Positions 61,852 through 64,000 of a DNA stretch of 64,000 bases are shown here, piece by piece. Both the position numbers and the translations under genes were made by a program. The notes beneath the pieces were generated by a model. It was given only the letters and a program-made list of their open reading frames with translations, was not told where the DNA came from and did no database searches. This DNA comes from Paraphysomonas bandaiensis (taxonomy: Eukaryota > Protista > Chrysophyceae). The stretch is taken from NCBI GenBank assembly GCA_965644295.1, contig CBFFRP010000035.1, forward strand, positions 124,001 to 188,000. Direction: 5' to 3'. The stretch's first letter is position 1; each line of letters starts with the position of its first letter.

Positions 61852-63046
61852 TATATATATATATAACAGCTCTTTAAAGTAGAGACAAAATGTAATACTT
61901 ATACTTGTAATATACAAAAAATCGCTATTTGAAACAGTTAGCGAGTTAATGCAGAATATCGATAAACTAAGTCTTCTCAATGTAGTTTATTATGAACTGC
62001 ACGAAACGAAAGCAATAATTCTATGCAACCATACGTAGGTACTAGATATTTATCCAATAGAACAAATATACATGTGGCTCTCTAAGTCAAAAAAATTTAC
62101 ATCACATTCCACAAATATTATAAAATATAAATTGTCAATATTGTGTTTGCAGGGATATGTAACATATAGTGTATCATAATCGTATCCTCTATACCTTTAT
62201 GTAGCCTAAGATGCCAATTACATCAACACTATTAGTTACTGGAAGTAGTAGATCTTAATTTAAAAAATTATAATCCATAGATTAATTAGTGATTGAAGCG
62301 ACTATGATCAAGGGAGAATCGTGCTTTAACTCACTATAAAACACTTGGGGACAACAGTGTAGATATTTTTTGAATTGGCTCAGGCGCAGCACCGTGTAGT
62401 CTGTCTGTTGAAAACTGTCCTATGAGAAATGAAACGTCAATTGAATGCCAAGTAAACAGGATATGATCCCGGGTCTTATTATCGTATATTGATCCGAGTA
62501 AACTGCGGACGTAATCTGTGGAGCATCCAAGCAAAGAGAGGACTCAATTACCCTCGATAAACGACATGCATTTCTCTTCGATGTGTAGTAGATATGTATG
62601 AGGTTAAGGGATGTTACTTTGCATAGAGATACGCCTGTGCATACAAAGATACCACGAGCGATGTGCATGGAGAGTATCCTGTATACGCATGTGTGTATAC
62701 CACCGGTATACCACCGTATACCCATAACAAACTAAAATTTTCATTAAAAATTTTCATGTGAGTGCGTGTGTTTGTCTGTGTATGTGTGGGTATGTACGTG
62801 TGATGTATGTGATGTGTGTGTGCATATGGTATACCATGGTATACGTAGTTATGCAGTGGGCATGAAGTGCGTCATGAGTACGGACTTAACGACTGCATTA
62901 TCACTCTCTGATTCTCTGACAACACACATTGCAACATATCAGCTCAGCAGTACACTGTAGAAGAGATGGATGTTCTGTGCATATGGCAGATACTCCACAA
63001 TCTCTAGATCATATCCGTTCGACATGTCTCACTACTGAGTTCGATA

Positions 63047-64000
63047 ATGATTTGCTACTCCTATCCGAGCCCGTACGCAGCGGATCCCTCTCTACTTGAG
63101 CTCAAGCCAGTTATTCATGCTATGGGCATATCTGACAAAGATATCACTCAGTTTCACTCCGCATTCAGTCGAATCGGTTCACACTGCGACAGTGTGAGTG
63201 TGTCTGAGGTGCTGAACTGGTTGGGCGTATCAGACACAGTTGTCAGTCGACGAGTCTTCTGTGTCTCTCAGTCCGCACCAATGACAATGATGTTTTTGGA
63301 CTTTCTGGTTTGTGTTTGGAATGTGTGTTCTCTACGCACAGATGATATAAGTATGAAATATAAATAGCCAGTGTGCGTGTTTCTAACTCTCTTACACAGT
63401 CGACTTTGCATTTGACTTACTGCGTCTGTGCCATTCAAACCATCCGAGCTGCGGTAATGCCACTGTATTGCGTAGATTATATGGTGAAAGGCACTTTCGT
63501 AAGATTGAATCTGATAAAAGGTACTACTACATTATTTAAATCCGTGTTTCCTCTCATATATACAATATTAGATTGCAACGTGAGCTGGACACAGTACAGC
63601 TCTTGGGTTTGAACAGAGACGAATTTCATATGTTCTGCAAGTCTAACCGGACTTTCTTGTCGCCACTTCTTGAATTACAGCTGAAACTAAGGAAAAAGGT
63701 GCTTGGTGTGAGGTGTTGGAGGAAACTTGCTAAAATACGATTTCGAAGTGAAGCTAAAAGTATGAGAACCATAAGTACCTACCAAAGGACCCTCCAGAAC
63801 ATGCTGTCGCCTCACATGGGTAAGGGAAATGACTCATATGATGGCAACTGCCGACTTAGTGCGGAACACTTGCGTATGAACAGCGATTACTGGTCGAACA
63901 AGTACAACTGTGCTGCATTATCATCGGCTATTTACGGGCCCAAACCTTTTAACTCGTCGTCTAAACCTACGACAAAGGGTAGATCCAATTTGTCGTGTCG
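63047..64000 (+). CDS. Partial hypothetical protein with a degenerate EF-hand (calcineurin-B/recoverin-like) region; runs off the window
   Basis: FHSAFSRI...RRVF...FLDFLVCVWNVC, an intron at ~63351-63399, then DFAFDL and an open frame onward. The start is uncertain. Confidence 0.5.

Overview
Gene-dense eukaryotic nuclear DNA with short GT-AG introns. It most likely comes from a flagellated, phagotrophic stramenopile; this is inferred from a snoRNA guide matching the GCTCATTATATCA 18S variant plus RWP-RK, katanin p80 and GH25 lysozyme genes. About 19 protein-coding genes are recognisable: sulfotransferase, Nudix, SDR, a RING/calcineurin-like phosphatase/EF-hand fusion, beta-propeller, two F-box-like ankyrin-repeat proteins, KATNB1, NOL9/Grc3, a multi-PHD chromatin protein, SGNH-like, Ser/Asp-rich, ApaH-like phosphatase, RWP-RK, GH25 lysozyme, WD40-CaaX, MED31, FATP/SLC27, a coiled-coil protein and a partial EF-hand-like gene. 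The structure the ORF track misses is more interesting. (1) A ~500-bp non-coding retroposon family, with five copies or fragments, whose two full-length copies start exactly at a predicted HDV-like self-cleaving ribozyme. (2) A three-layer nest of retroposon inside hAT element inside retroposon, with both inner TSDs intact. (3) The 1.65-kb 'satellite' at the window start is a tandemly amplified pair of box C/D snoRNA genes. (4) An ankyrin gene with 15 near-identical 29-aa repeats whose variation concentrates at a few reshuffled positions. (5) A second ankyrin gene bracketed by inverted copies of a hAT-like element. All calls come from reading the sequence by eye; no searches or folding programs were run.
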